A stretch of DNA of 64,000 nucleotides from Gemmatimonadota bacterium. Lineage in GTDB: Bacteria > Gemmatimonadota > Gemmatimonadetes > Gemmatimonadales > GWC2-71-9. The stretch covers positions 36,396 through 100,395 of the forward strand of contig JBDHAB010000008.1 in the NCBI GenBank assembly GCA_039588295.1, given 5' to 3'. A program made the position numbers and the translations under genes. A model generated the notes under the pieces. It saw only the letters and a program-made list of their open reading frames with translations, searched no databases and was not told where the DNA came from. Below, in pieces: positions 26,628 to 36,435 of this stretch (positions are counted from its first letter, which is position 1; every line of letters begins with the position of its first letter).

Positions 26628-27974
26628 ATGCGCATCGTGGTAGTGGGTGCCGGCGAGGTGGGGTACCATGTCGCCGAGCGGCTCTCAAACCAACAGCATG
26701 ACGTGGTAGTGGTGGACGTCATGCCCAGCCGGCTGGAGTACGTATCCAACCATCTTGATGTCGCGGTGGTCGAAGGGAGTGGGACGAGCACCGCGGTACT
26801 CGAGCAGGCCGGTGTGCAGAAGGCCGCGCTCTTGCTCGCCGTCACCAACGTCGACGAGGTCAACCTCGTCTCCTGCATGAGCGCGCGTGGTGTGCGCGGG
26901 ATGGTCAAGGTTGCACGCGTGTCCAATCCGGATTTCTACCGCGACACGCGCAACCTCAAACCGGATGCGTTCGGGGTGGACGTGCTCATCAACCCGGAGC
27001 GGGAACTGTCGTTGGAGACCGTGCGGCTCCTGCAATCGACGGCGGCGACCGATATTGCGGTCTTTGCAGGCGGGGCCGTGCAGCTCCTGGGATTCCACGT
27101 CCCCAAGGGCGCCCCGATTGCCGGGCAGCGTCTGGCCGAGCTTGCGGCCCAGGAGGGAGACAGGCCGATCCTGCTGGTGGCCCTGGAACGTGCGGGCGAG
27201 ACGATCGTGCCAAACGGTGGCACGGAGATCCGAGTTGGAGATCGCCTCTATGTTGCTGCTAAGACCGAAGAGATTCCCCGCGCACTGGAGCTCCTGGGCT
27301 ACGAGCGATCGAGTATGCGGCGGGTCATCATCACCGGAGGGACGGTCGAGGCGTACTACCTGGCGCAACTTCTGCAGGAACATCACGTCGAGACGACACT
27401 CCTCATTGGTGATCGAGCCAGGGCGCAAGAGCTCGCCGCGCAGTTGAACCACGTTCTGGTGCTCCACGGCGATGCTACCGACGTCGAACTGTTGGAGCTG
27501 GAGGGCGTGGGCGGCGCCGACGGCTTCGTGGCGCTCACGGATCGGGACGAAACCAACATCCTCTCATCGTTGGTAGCCAAGCGTGCCGGCGCGAAGCAAG
27601 TAATCACGCTCGTCAACAAGCGGGATTTCATTCCCCTCGCGCGCCATATCGGACTCGACGCAGCCGTGAGTCCACGGCTCTCTGCCGCGAACGCGATTCT
27701 GCGATACGTGCGACGCGGGAGCGTGACCCGAGTCGCCACGTTCGAAGGAAGCGATGCGGAGGCCATCGCGTTCGAGGTGGCGTCGAACTCCCCGGTCGTG
27801 GGTCGACGCCTTGCCGACGTAGCTTTCCCCAGTGGGGCGATTGTCGCGTCCATCATCCGGGCGCAAGAGGTCATCGTACCGCGTGGCAACGATGTCCTCG
27901 AGGTCGGGGACACGGCCATCGTGTTCGTGCTCGCCGACGCGGCTCAGAGCATCACCGAGCTGTTCCCCTCGTGA
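26628..27974 (+). CDS. trkA: Trk K+ uptake regulatory subunit
   Basis: MRIVVVGAGEVG, DEVNL, INPE; two RCK N/C pairs. Confidence 0.93.
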   Translation: MRIVVVGAGEVGYHVAERLSNQQHDVVVVDVMPSRLEYVSNHLDVAVVEGSGTSTAVLEQAGVQKAALLLAVTNVDEVNLVSCMSARGVRGMVKVARVSNPDFYRDTRNLKPDAFGVDVLINPERELSLETVRLLQSTAATDIAVFAGGAVQLLGFHVPKGAPIAGQRLAELAAQEGDRPILLVALERAGETIVPNGGTEIRVGDRLYVAAKTEEIPRALELLGYERSSMRRVIITGGTVEAYYLAQLLQEHHVETTLLIGDRARAQELAAQLNHVLVLHGDATDVELLELEGVGGADGFVALTDRDETNILSSLVAKRAGAKQVITLVNKRDFIPLARHIGLDAAVSPRLSAANAILRYVRRGSVTRVATFEGSDAEAIAFEVASNSPVVGRRLADVAFPSGAIVASIIRAQEVIVPRGNDVLEVGDTAIVFVLADAAQSITELFPS

Positions 27975-29419
27975 ACCCTCGCGAGGTCTTCCACCTGGTC
28001 GGAGCGCTGCTCGTATGGACGGCCGGGGCCATGCTGATTCCCGCTGTCGTGGCGTCTGACGAGGGTCTCCTGATGCCATGGCTCGCTTCCGCGCTCGTGA
28101 CCGCGGTGGTCGGAGTCTTCCTGTGGGCGTTGCGTCCCGAGGAGGTCTCGATCAACCCGCGGGAAGGGATTGCCGTCGTCGGTCTCGGGTGGATCGCCGT
28201 CGTGGTGGCCGGCAGCCTGCCGTTCATCTTCACCGGCACCGCGGAAACGGTCGCGGCGGCGTTCTTCGAATCGGTCTCGGGATTCACCACGACCGGTGCC
28301 ACCGTGTTTCCGGTCATCGAGGATCTCCCGCGCAGCATCCTGCTATGGCGCAGCATCACCCACTGGCTCGGCGGCATGGGCATCATCGTCTTGGGCGTGG
28401 CGATCCTTCCGCTGCTGGGCATGGGTGGCGCGCAGCTCTTTCGGGCCGAGGCGCCGGGGATTCCGAGCGATCGACTCACGCCGCGAATCGCGTCGACCGC
28501 CAGACTGCTGTGGGTCGTGTACGCGCTCCTGACGGTCGTGCTGGCGGTCGCCTATCTGTTCCTGGGCATGAGCCTGTTCGACGCCGTTAATCACGCCATG
28601 AGTTGTCTGGCGACCGGCGGATTCTCTACTCGGACGGGCTCGCTCGGAGCCTATTCCGGTGGGGTCCAGTGGGTGACCGTCCTCTTCATGCTCATTGCGG
28701 GCACGAACTTCACGCTCCACTATCGGCTGCTCAGCGGGAAGTGGACCGCGTGGGTGCAGGACGAGGAGTGGCGCTGGTACGTGGGCACGATGGCCGTTGC
28801 CTGGGTGGTGGCGTTTGTGGCCCTGGGAATGCGGAGCGGAACGTGGAATGGTGAGCTGGTGGGTCGCGCCGTGTTCAACGTGACCGCCGTGCACAGCACG
28901 ACTGGCTTCGCCACGGCCGATTTCGCGGCGTGGCCCGCCATCGTGCAAGTCGTCCTCCTTGGCCTCATGTTCATGGGCGCCATGGGCGGTTCCACCGGAG
29001 GGGGATTCAAGACGGTGCGAGCCGGCGTCGTGCTCAAGCACGTGGCCGGCGAAATCCGGAAGGTGCTCCATCCCCAGGCGGTCGTGGTCACGAGGTTGGG
29101 CGGTCGTGCGATCCGGCCTGAAGTACTGCACAACGTGTTGGCCTTTCTGGCGCTGTACATGCTGACGCATGGCATTGGCACGGCGTTGATCGCCGCGATG
29201 GGGTATGATCTCGTGACCTCCCTGAGCGCGGCGCTGGCGGCGATGTCCTCCATCGGGCCTGGTCTTGGCGAGGTCGGTCCGGCCGCGCACTACGGCCACA
29301 TGGATCCGGCGGCGCACGTTGTGCTGGGGGCGCTGATGCTCTTGGGACGGCTCGAGTTCTACACCTTGCTCCTGCTGGTCATGCCCGGCACCTGGAAACG
29401 GGGCGGTGGGCATCGATAG
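27971..29419 (+). CDS. trkH: Trk K+ uptake membrane subunit
   Basis: FFESVSGFTTTG, WLGGMGII, ATGGFS, STTGF, GSTGGG, GRLE. Confidence 0.95.
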   Translation: MNPREVFHLVGALLVWTAGAMLIPAVVASDEGLLMPWLASALVTAVVGVFLWALRPEEVSINPREGIAVVGLGWIAVVVAGSLPFIFTGTAETVAAAFFESVSGFTTTGATVFPVIEDLPRSILLWRSITHWLGGMGIIVLGVAILPLLGMGGAQLFRAEAPGIPSDRLTPRIASTARLLWVVYALLTVVLAVAYLFLGMSLFDAVNHAMSCLATGGFSTRTGSLGAYSGGVQWVTVLFMLIAGTNFTLHYRLLSGKWTAWVQDEEWRWYVGTMAVAWVVAFVALGMRSGTWNGELVGRAVFNVTAVHSTTGFATADFAAWPAIVQVVLLGLMFMGAMGGSTGGGFKTVRAGVVLKHVAGEIRKVLHPQAVVVTRLGGRAIRPEVLHNVLAFLALYMLTHGIGTALIAAMGYDLVTSLSAALAAMSSIGPGLGEVGPAAHYGHMDPAAHVVLGALMLLGRLEFYTLLLLVMPGTWKRGGGHR

Positions 29420-29501
29420 TCGCCGAGGAGCGGAAATGACGTCGCGGGCTCCAGCGCAGTGGGGTGGCCGAATCGGGGGGCGCGCCGCTAGCTTTACCGT
29501 T

Positions 29502-29598
29502 GCCCCAGGTCCGGGGGGCGCGTGCGCGCGAACCGCGTCAGGACCGTGAAGGTAGCAGCGCTAAGCGATGTCACGTGTCGCTCCGGGGTGCCTGGGGC
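29502..29598 (+). ncRNA. ffs: Small SRP RNA (4.5S)
   Basis: GTCAGGACCGTGAAGGTAGCAGC matches the CAGG/AGCA helix-8 motif; ends pair (GCCCCAGG/CCTGGGGC); TAGCTT -10 at 29489; upstream of dnaX. Confidence 0.88.
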
Positions 29599-29613
29599 GC
29601 TTTTTCCACCGCC

Positions 29614-31272
29614 ATGACCTATCTCGCTCTCGCCCGGAAGTACCGACCCACGAGTTTTTCTGACCTCGTCGCGCAATCCCACGTGGCAGCGGGATTGCGC
29701 GGTGCGGTAGCCAAGCACCGTGTGGCGCACGCCTACTTGCTCACGGGACCGCGCGGGGTCGGGAAGACGAGTGCGGCCCGGATCCTGGCCATGGCGCTCA
29801 ACTGTGAGCGGCGACCGGATGCTGATCGGGCGGGCGAACCGTGTGGCACGTGCGATTCGTGCCGGCGCATCTGGTCCGGGGCGGCGAACCTCGACGTCGT
29901 CGAGATCGATGCTGCGAGTAATCGCGGTGTCGACGACGCGCGTGAGCTCCGTGAGCGCGCCACCTACGCCGCCAGCGGGGCCGAGCGGTACAAGGTCTAC
30001 ATCATCGACGAAGCACACATGTTGACGCGCGAAGCGTGGAACGCGCTCCTCAAGATCCTGGAAGAGCCACCGCCACGGGTGGTATTTGTGTTCGCGACGA
30101 CCGAGCCGCAGAAGATCGCGAACACGGCCGCCCCGGTGATGAGCCGGTTACAGCGCTTTGACTTCCGACGGCTGGGTCCGCAGACCATCGTGGAGCGCCT
30201 TCGGTATGTGGCTGAGCGAGAGGGTATCGCCATCGAGGACGACGCGCTCCTGCTCGTGGCGCGCGGGGCGCACGGTGGCATGCGGGATGCGTTGTCGATC
30301 CTGGATCAAGCGTTGGCATTCGGCGAAGGAACCATCACGGCGTCCAGGGTGCGCGAGGCGTTGGGGCTCATCGATGACGAGTTGTACGCTGAGTTGCTCA
30401 GCCTCGTGGCGGAGCGGCGCACGGAGGGGGTGTTCCCGTTCGTGGCCCGGCTGATGGATGCCGGCGCCGACCTCGTTGAGTTCGTCGGCGGTGCCGGGGA
30501 CACGCTTCGCGCCTTGCTCGTGCGGGTACTCGGCGGGCAACCCGAGGGTCTCACGGAGGCGCTGCGTGGTGCGATCGAGCAGTATGTGCCGCGGTACCGG
30601 GTTGGGGACCTCCTTCGCATGTTGCGACTCCTGGGGGAAGCGGAAACAGCGATCCGCCGCAGCCCGCACGCGCGGCTGCACGTCGAGATGCTGGTCCTGC
30701 AATGGACGCTGCTGGACCGCACCGTAGAGCTCGCGGAGGTGATGCAAGCACTGGGGTTGAGTACCAGCGCTGCGACCTCCGTGACGGCCGAGCAGGCGAT
30801 CGAGCCGGCGAGGTCCGGGTCCGTCACGGAGCCGGCTCAGCGGAACCGCACGGCGGCGCCGCCACCGGCGAAACAGGGTCCGCTCACCCTCGAGGGTCTG
30901 CAACAGACCTGGGGCGACGTCGTCACCGCCGTGGGGCGGCGCCGGCGGATGGTGCGGGAATCGCTGCAGCACGCGACCCCTGCGTCGGTCGATGGAGATC
31001 AGGTGGTGGTCACGGTCTCCGAATGGGACGCGCATCTCGAGGGGCTCGAACGCAGCCGCCCCGTCATCGTTGCGGCAATAGAGGCGGCGACGGGTCACCG
31101 GGTCCACCTCACGTTTCAATCAGCGTCCACCCCGCCAGATTCCCCTCGGAAGACTGAACATCGCCGATTGGACGAGGACACGGATCGCGACGAGCGCCTG
31201 CGCTTGTACCGGAGTAAAGATCCTGCACTCGATGCAGTGGCGGATGCGCTCGATCTCGAGCTTCTCGAATAG
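29614..31272 (+). CDS. dnaX: DNA polymerase III gamma/tau
   Basis: LARKYRP, GPRGVGKT, EIDAASNRGVD, IIDEAHML, NALLKILEEPP, GGMRDALS. Confidence 0.96.
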   Translation: MTYLALARKYRPTSFSDLVAQSHVAAGLRGAVAKHRVAHAYLLTGPRGVGKTSAARILAMALNCERRPDADRAGEPCGTCDSCRRIWSGAANLDVVEIDAASNRGVDDARELRERATYAASGAERYKVYIIDEAHMLTREAWNALLKILEEPPPRVVFVFATTEPQKIANTAAPVMSRLQRFDFRRLGPQTIVERLRYVAEREGIAIEDDALLLVARGAHGGMRDALSILDQALAFGEGTITASRVREALGLIDDELYAELLSLVAERRTEGVFPFVARLMDAGADLVEFVGGAGDTLRALLVRVLGGQPEGLTEALRGAIEQYVPRYRVGDLLRMLRLLGEAETAIRRSPHARLHVEMLVLQWTLLDRTVELAEVMQALGLSTSAATSVTAEQAIEPARSGSVTEPAQRNRTAAPPPAKQGPLTLEGLQQTWGDVVTAVGRRRRMVRESLQHATPASVDGDQVVVTVSEWDAHLEGLERSRPVIVAAIEAATGHRVHLTFQSASTPPDSPRKTEHRRLDEDTDRDERLRLYRSKDPALDAVADALDLELLE

Positions 31273-31342
31273 CTTGCGGCGCTTTGGTGGCTAGCATAGC
31301 TTGCACGACGGACCGTAAACCCACTCATTCCACCAGTTAGGT

Positions 31343-31660
31343 ATGGCCGACTTCACACAGCTCTTTCAGCTGGGTCAGCAAGTACAGGGACGACTGACCC
31401 AAATGCAGACGGAGCTCTCCGAACAGAGTGTCACCGGGTCAGCGGGCGGCGGTATGGTGAAGGTCACGGCGGACGGACGGGGTCAAATCCGCTCGCTGGT
31501 GATCGATGCCGCCGTCGTCCAGGACGGTGACGTCGAAATGCTGGAGGATCTCGTGCTCGCTGCCGTAACGGACGCGCAGCGCAAGGCGGAAGACCTCTAC
31601 CGGAGCGAGCTCAAGAAGATCACGGGCGGGTTGCCCCTGCCGTTTCAATTTCCCGTGTAG
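31343..31660 (+). CDS. ybaB: YbaB/EbfC nucleoid-associated protein
   Basis: GSAGGGMVKV, EMLEDLVLAA; dnaX-recR context. Confidence 0.93.
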   Translation: MADFTQLFQLGQQVQGRLTQMQTELSEQSVTGSAGGGMVKVTADGRGQIRSLVIDAAVVQDGDVEMLEDLVLAAVTDAQRKAEDLYRSELKKITGGLPLPFQFPV

Positions 31661-31663
31661 GTC

Positions 31664-32263
31664 GTGTCGGCGATCGACGAGCTGATTGGCGAGTTGTCCA
31701 AGCTCCCCGGCATCGGGAGAAAGACCGCCACGCGTCTCACATACCACTTGTTGAAGCAGCCGACGGAATCGGTCCACCGGCTTGCCAATGCGCTAAGAGC
31801 GGTGATCGATCGCGTCGCGCCGTGTCGGGTCTGCGGCAACCTCGGTGAGAGCGATCCGTGCTCCATCTGCGGCGATCCCCGGAGGGATCGCAGCGTGCTG
31901 TGTGTGGTGGAAGAGGCCTCGGATATCGGTGCCATCGAGCGCACCGGTGAGTACCGCGGCCTGTATCATGTGCTCGGTGGCCACCTGTCCCCGCTCGACG
32001 GTGTGGGCCCGGACGATCTCCGGATCGAGGGCCTGCGGACGCGGCTGGCGAACGGGTCGCAGGTTCGCGAGGTGATTCTGGCCACCAACCCGTCCATGGA
32101 GGGTGAGGTCACCGCCACCTATGTGCGCGGTGTGATGGAAGGGCAGGGAGTCCGGGTGACGCGCATTGCCTTGGGGTTGCCGGTCGGTGGGGATCTCGAA
32201 TACGCCGACAGCGTGACGATTGCCCGGGCGCTCGCTGCCCGGCGGGAGTTTGGTGAGGGATGA
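31664..32263 (+). CDS. recR: Recombination mediator RecR
   Basis: LPGIGRKTA, C4 finger, YHVLGG, ATNPSMEGE, GLPVGGDLEYAD. Confidence 0.97.
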   Translation: MSAIDELIGELSKLPGIGRKTATRLTYHLLKQPTESVHRLANALRAVIDRVAPCRVCGNLGESDPCSICGDPRRDRSVLCVVEEASDIGAIERTGEYRGLYHVLGGHLSPLDGVGPDDLRIEGLRTRLANGSQVREVILATNPSMEGEVTATYVRGVMEGQGVRVTRIALGLPVGGDLEYADSVTIARALAARREFGEG

Positions 32264-32529
32264 GCCCGCAGCTCAAGGCACTGCTGGTGGGACTCGGAGC
32301 GGGCAGCATCGTTGGGGCGGTTTTCGCCCAGCACTCGATGGGGCGACACCGGAGTGATCTGTTCAGCGCTCGGCCCCTGCGCCGACTGTCGGCGCTGGGC
32401 TATCTGAAGGGCCGCCCGAGCGTGGAGGCGGTCCAATTGTTGCGTGACTACCTCGCGTGGGAGAAGCACCCCATGTTGCGACGGCGCGCGGAACGCATCG
32501 TCCGCCGCATGGAGTCGAAACTTGGCTAA
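32260..32529 (+). CDS. Small membrane-anchored protein with HEAT-like helices
   Basis: ATGA overlap with recR, GAGG RBS; N-terminal TM, RRLSALGYL..LLRDYLAWE. Confidence 0.7.
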   Translation: MSPQLKALLVGLGAGSIVGAVFAQHSMGRHRSDLFSARPLRRLSALGYLKGRPSVEAVQLLRDYLAWEKHPMLRRRAERIVRRMESKLG

Positions 32530-32541
32530 GTCGAGGAGTCG

Positions 32542-33042
32542 ATGACTGGTGCCGGTACGTGGTCACTCGATGAAGGTGACTACCAGCGCATCACCGAGCA
32601 CTTAACGGCGTTGCTTAAGGAATCGAACGCCCGGTGTGCGCTGGTGGTGGACCGGACAGGGCAACTCCTAGCCAGCAGCGGGGAGCAACTCTCGTTTGAC
32701 CCGACGGCCTTCGCGTCGCTGACGGCTGCCGATTTCAGTGCGAACGACCAATTGGCTAAGATGATCGGCGAACCAGAGTTTGCCTCCCTGTTCCACCAGG
32801 GAGAGAAGGAGTCGATGTACCTCGCAGATGTCGCACACCGAGTGATCTTGGTGGTGCTGTTCGATCAACGCACGACGGTGGGCATGGTGCGACTACGAGT
32901 GAAACGGACGGTGACCGACTTGGTCGAGGTGTTTGACGAGATGTTCCGTCGCGCCGCGTCGGCCGAACCGGGAGGCCCCGAGCGGCAAGCTGGACTGCTC
33001 GAGGGAGCAGAGGACGAGATTGACAAACTCTTCGAGGATTAG
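32542..33042 (+). CDS. mglB: Roadblock/LC7 GAP, MglB-like
   Basis: ASLTAADFSANDQLAKMIGEPEFASLFHQGEKES, GMVRLRVK, acidic C-helix EDEIDKLFED. Confidence 0.92.
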   Translation: MTGAGTWSLDEGDYQRITEHLTALLKESNARCALVVDRTGQLLASSGEQLSFDPTAFASLTAADFSANDQLAKMIGEPEFASLFHQGEKESMYLADVAHRVILVVLFDQRTTVGMVRLRVKRTVTDLVEVFDEMFRRAASAEPGGPERQAGLLEGAEDEIDKLFED

Positions 33043-33060
33043 AGGGGGGCGCGGTCGACT

Positions 33061-33735
33061 ATGTCGATGATCAACTACGCCTCCCGCGAGATCAATTGCA
33101 AGCTCGTGTATTATGGGCCGGGGCTGGGTGGGAAGACCACGAACCTCGAGCACGTGTACACGAAGGTAGCGCCCGACACACGAGGGAAGATGGTCTCGCT
33201 CGCGACCGAAACTGAACGGACGCTGTTCTTCGACTTTCTTCCAGTGGATCTCGGGACGATCCGCGGTTTCAAGACGCGATTCCATCTGTATACCGTGCCA
33301 GGCCAGGTGTACTACAACGCGTCGCGTAAGCTGATCCTGAAGGGCGTCGACGGCGTGGTATTCGTTGCCGACAGTCAGGTCGAGCGCATGGAAGCGAACG
33401 TCGAGTCCATGCAGAACCTGTACGACAACATGGCAGAGTACGGATATGACGTGACCAAGATTCCGTTCGTGATCCAGTACAACAAGCGCGACTTGCCGAA
33501 TGCGGCGCCGGTCAAGGACCTCCAGGCTCAGCTCAATCCAGGCTGGCCCGTGGAAGATCCGATGCGGCAGCAACCGGTTTCCGACCCGCGCCATCTGGGC
33601 GAGATGCTGGTCGAACGGGTCGACGGCGCCTGGATCGAACGCGCGCCGTACTTTGAATCGGTCGCCATTACCGGGGACGGAGTGTTCGACACCTTGAAGG
33701 CCGTCGCGAAGCTGGTGCTCAGGTCCTTGAGCTGA
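33061..33735 (+). CDS. mglA: MglA-like small GTPase
   Basis: [46 protein letters not shown]. Confidence 0.96.
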   Translation: MSMINYASREINCKLVYYGPGLGGKTTNLEHVYTKVAPDTRGKMVSLATETERTLFFDFLPVDLGTIRGFKTRFHLYTVPGQVYYNASRKLILKGVDGVVFVADSQVERMEANVESMQNLYDNMAEYGYDVTKIPFVIQYNKRDLPNAAPVKDLQAQLNPGWPVEDPMRQQPVSDPRHLGEMLVERVDGAWIERAPYFESVAITGDGVFDTLKAVAKLVLRSLS

Positions 33736-33751
33736 AAGGGGTCAAGCGGGA

Positions 33752-34420
33752 ATGACCTGGACGCTCCCCAACATCCTCACTGTCGCGCGAATCGCCCTCG
33801 CACCGGTCATTGCTCTCCTCCCGTTCATCCGGGGGTTCATCCCGAAGCTTATCGCGTTTGTGGTCTTCCTCGCGGCGGCCATCAGCGATATCTACGACGG
33901 CCGCTTGGCGCGCGAGCGCGGCGAGATCACGGAGCTCGGGAAGATGCTGGATCCGCTCGCCGACAAGCTCCTGCTCGTCGCGACGCTGATCCCGATCTAT
34001 TGGATCACCCGGTATCCGATGCAGCAGTACGAGATCCCGTGGTGGGGGAGTCTCCCGCTGTGGGTCGCCGTGCTCCTGATCGGCCGCGAAGTCGCGATGA
34101 CAGTGTTCCGGCACGTCGCGAAACGCCGCGGAGTCGTGATCGCCGCCGCGGGACCCGGCAAGGCCAAGACCATCGTCCAAGATGTTTTCATCGGGGCTAC
34201 CATCCTGTGGTTTGCCTGGAAGGACATGCGGGTCACGTTCGGTTGGGAGAGTGGCTGGCTGGGTGCGTTCTGGGAACAGTTTCACGGGGCGGTTGTCGCG
34301 ATCACCTTGGCGGTGGCAGTCCTGCTAACGGCGTACTCCCTCGCTGTCTACATCTACCGGTATCGCCGACTGTTTCGCGGCCAGCCGGCTGCGCCGAGCG
34401 CTTCCGGCGATGGATCTTGA
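33752..34420 (+). CDS. pgsA: CDP-alcohol phosphatidyltransferase (PgsA-like)
   Basis: LPNILT, SDIYDGRLAR..GKMLDPLADK, GKAKT. Confidence 0.85.
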   Translation: MTWTLPNILTVARIALAPVIALLPFIRGFIPKLIAFVVFLAAAISDIYDGRLARERGEITELGKMLDPLADKLLLVATLIPIYWITRYPMQQYEIPWWGSLPLWVAVLLIGREVAMTVFRHVAKRRGVVIAAAGPGKAKTIVQDVFIGATILWFAWKDMRVTFGWESGWLGAFWEQFHGAVVAITLAVAVLLTAYSLAVYIYRYRRLFRGQPAAPSASGDGS

Positions 34421-35666
34421 AGTCGTCACGGTAGGGACGGAACTCCTCCTCGGATTCACCATCGACAGCAACGCAGCAGACATCGCCCGCGCGCTCGCGG
34501 AGGTCGGAGTACGGGTGGTTCGGCGTGTCACCGTCGCCGACGATGAAGCAGCGATTCGTGATGCGGTCGCCGGTGCCTTGCGACGGAGTGGCACCGTGAT
34601 CACGACCGGGGGTCTGGGACCCACGAGCGACGACCGGACCAAGAGGGTGGTTGCCCGGCTCTTTCAGGCTCCTCTGGAACTCGACGAGTCGTATCTCGAG
34701 GAACTGACGCACCGGTTTGCCCAGTTCAAGCGCGGCCCGATGCCGCCCAGCAACCGGTCACAAGCCGAGGTCCCGCAGGGTGCGACCGTATTGCCCAACC
34801 GCCGCGGCACGGCACCGGGCCTCATCCTGGATGGGCCGCTCGGCACCGTGGTGCTCATGCCGGGTGTCCCGCACGAGATGCGAGTCATGCTTAACGAGCA
34901 GGTACTGCCGCTCCTCACGGCGCGGCGCGAAGCGTCCGGGGAACCCGCCCTCGTGATCCGCTCCCGGACGTTGCGGACCACGGGCGTAACGGAATCTGGC
35001 CTCGCGAGCGCGCTCATGGATGCGGAGGGCCGACTCGAAAGTGTCTCTGTGGCGTACCTCCCCGGCGTGGCCGGTGTCGATCTCCGCCTCACGGCCCGGC
35101 GCCTGTCGGCCAGCGCCGCCGAGGAGGCGCTGGACCGGGCCAGCCACCACCTCGTTTCGCTGCTTGGCGCCCGGTACTACGGCCGCGACGATACCGACCT
35201 GGCCGCCGTGGTGCTCGACGCCCTGCGGCGCCGAGATCAGACCCTCGCCGTGGCCGAGTCGTGCACCGGGGGTCTCGTTGGCGAGAGAATCACGGCCATT
35301 CCCGGAGCCTCTGACGTGTTCCTGGGTGGCACGATCGCGTATGCGAACGCCTCCAAGGTGCGGGACCTGGGAGTGCCGGCGGCCCTGCTCGAATCGGAGG
35401 GGGCGGTCAGTGAGGCGGTGGCGCTGGAGATGGCCTGTGGCGTGGCCCAGCGGTTCCGAGCCACGGCTGCCCTCGGGGTCACAGGGATCGCCGGCCCCGG
35501 CGGAGCCACGCCGGGCAAGCCCGTGGGGACCGTCTGGCTCGCAGGAAAGGTCCAGCACCGCGAACGGGCCGTTGGGTACCGGATCCCGGGCGGCCGCCGG
35601 GAGGTGCGCGGGAGGGCCGCGCAGGCGGCTCTGGACCTCCTTCGCGGGCTGTTGGTGCCCGAATAA
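34410..35666 (+). CDS. cinA: Competence/damage-inducible CinA
   Basis: GTELLLG, GGLGPTSDD, GTAPG, PGVPHEM, AESCTGG, TGIAGPGG. Confidence 0.94.
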   Translation: MDLEVVTVGTELLLGFTIDSNAADIARALAEVGVRVVRRVTVADDEAAIRDAVAGALRRSGTVITTGGLGPTSDDRTKRVVARLFQAPLELDESYLEELTHRFAQFKRGPMPPSNRSQAEVPQGATVLPNRRGTAPGLILDGPLGTVVLMPGVPHEMRVMLNEQVLPLLTARREASGEPALVIRSRTLRTTGVTESGLASALMDAEGRLESVSVAYLPGVAGVDLRLTARRLSASAAEEALDRASHHLVSLLGARYYGRDDTDLAAVVLDALRRRDQTLAVAESCTGGLVGERITAIPGASDVFLGGTIAYANASKVRDLGVPAALLESEGAVSEAVALEMACGVAQRFRATAALGVTGIAGPGGATPGKPVGTVWLAGKVQHRERAVGYRIPGGRREVRGRAAQAALDLLRGLLVPE

Positions 35667-35762
35667 CTCCTGCCAAGGCGGCAGGCAGCGTTGGTACGAT
35701 CCTTGTCTAGAACGCTATTATTCGTGGCTATCCCTGACGAAGACCTGAATACGAGCAGAGGC

Positions 35763-36425
35763 ATGGGGAAGAAGAAGCGACGCGAGATCGACGAACGCGA
35801 GACTGACCACCAACTCACCGCTGAAGCCGCAGAGACCGCCGAGAGCGTGGAGCCGGACGCTGGGCTGAAGGAGGCTGAGGCACCGGCCGCGGCTGCCGAC
35901 ACGGCGGTGGCGGGCGTGGGCCACATGGAGCTCGTGGAACCGCCGGAGGAGGCCGTTCGCCGCCTGCGGGAAGAACTTGACGGACTCAACGACCGGTATC
36001 TCCGCCTGGCCGCGGAGTTCGACAACTTCCGCAAGCGCGCGATCCGCGAGCGGGGGGAGCTACGCCACCGCGCACAGGGGGATCTCGTTCGCGGCATGCT
36101 GGAGGGCCTGGATGATCTCGGGCGCGTCGCGGATCTTCAAGCCGATGAGACACGAGTTGGCGATGTCATCGAGGGTGTGCGGTTGGTCGAGCGGAAGCTG
36201 TTGCAGGAGTTGGGGCAGATGGGGCTCGAACGGGTCGGCTCGAAGGGGGAGGTGTTCGACCCCAACCAGCACGAGGCGGTCGGTGCGCTTCCACTGAGCG
36301 GCGATGGGGAGGAAGGGACCGTTGGTGCGGTGTTGCAGCCTGGCTACCGCTTCGCTGGTGGTCTGGTGCGGCCAGCCCGGGTCATGGTGCTGGTCGCGAC
36401 CGAGGACCTGGCCGCTGAGGAGTGA
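35763..36425 (+). CDS. grpE: Nucleotide exchange factor GrpE
   Basis: LRLAAEFDNFRKR, FDPNQHEAV, QPGY..VRPARV. Confidence 0.95.
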   Translation: MGKKKRREIDERETDHQLTAEAAETAESVEPDAGLKEAEAPAAAADTAVAGVGHMELVEPPEEAVRRLREELDGLNDRYLRLAAEFDNFRKRAIRERGELRHRAQGDLVRGMLEGLDDLGRVADLQADETRVGDVIEGVRLVERKLLQELGQMGLERVGSKGEVFDPNQHEAVGALPLSGDGEEGTVGAVLQPGYRFAGGLVRPARVMVLVATEDLAAEE

Positions 36426-36435
36426 GGGGTAGGGA

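Noticed and set aside
29455..29490. tRNA-Ser-like GGGGTGGCCGAATCGG
   Set aside because: No cloverleaf or T-arm; overlaps the ffs promoter.
29614..31272. Programmed dnaX frameshift or slippage
   Set aside because: No A-AAA-AAG or long A/T run seen.
35667..35762. CIRCE before grpE; missing dnaK
   Set aside because: No TTAGCACTC-N9-GAGTGCTAA; unlinked dnaK is not unusual.
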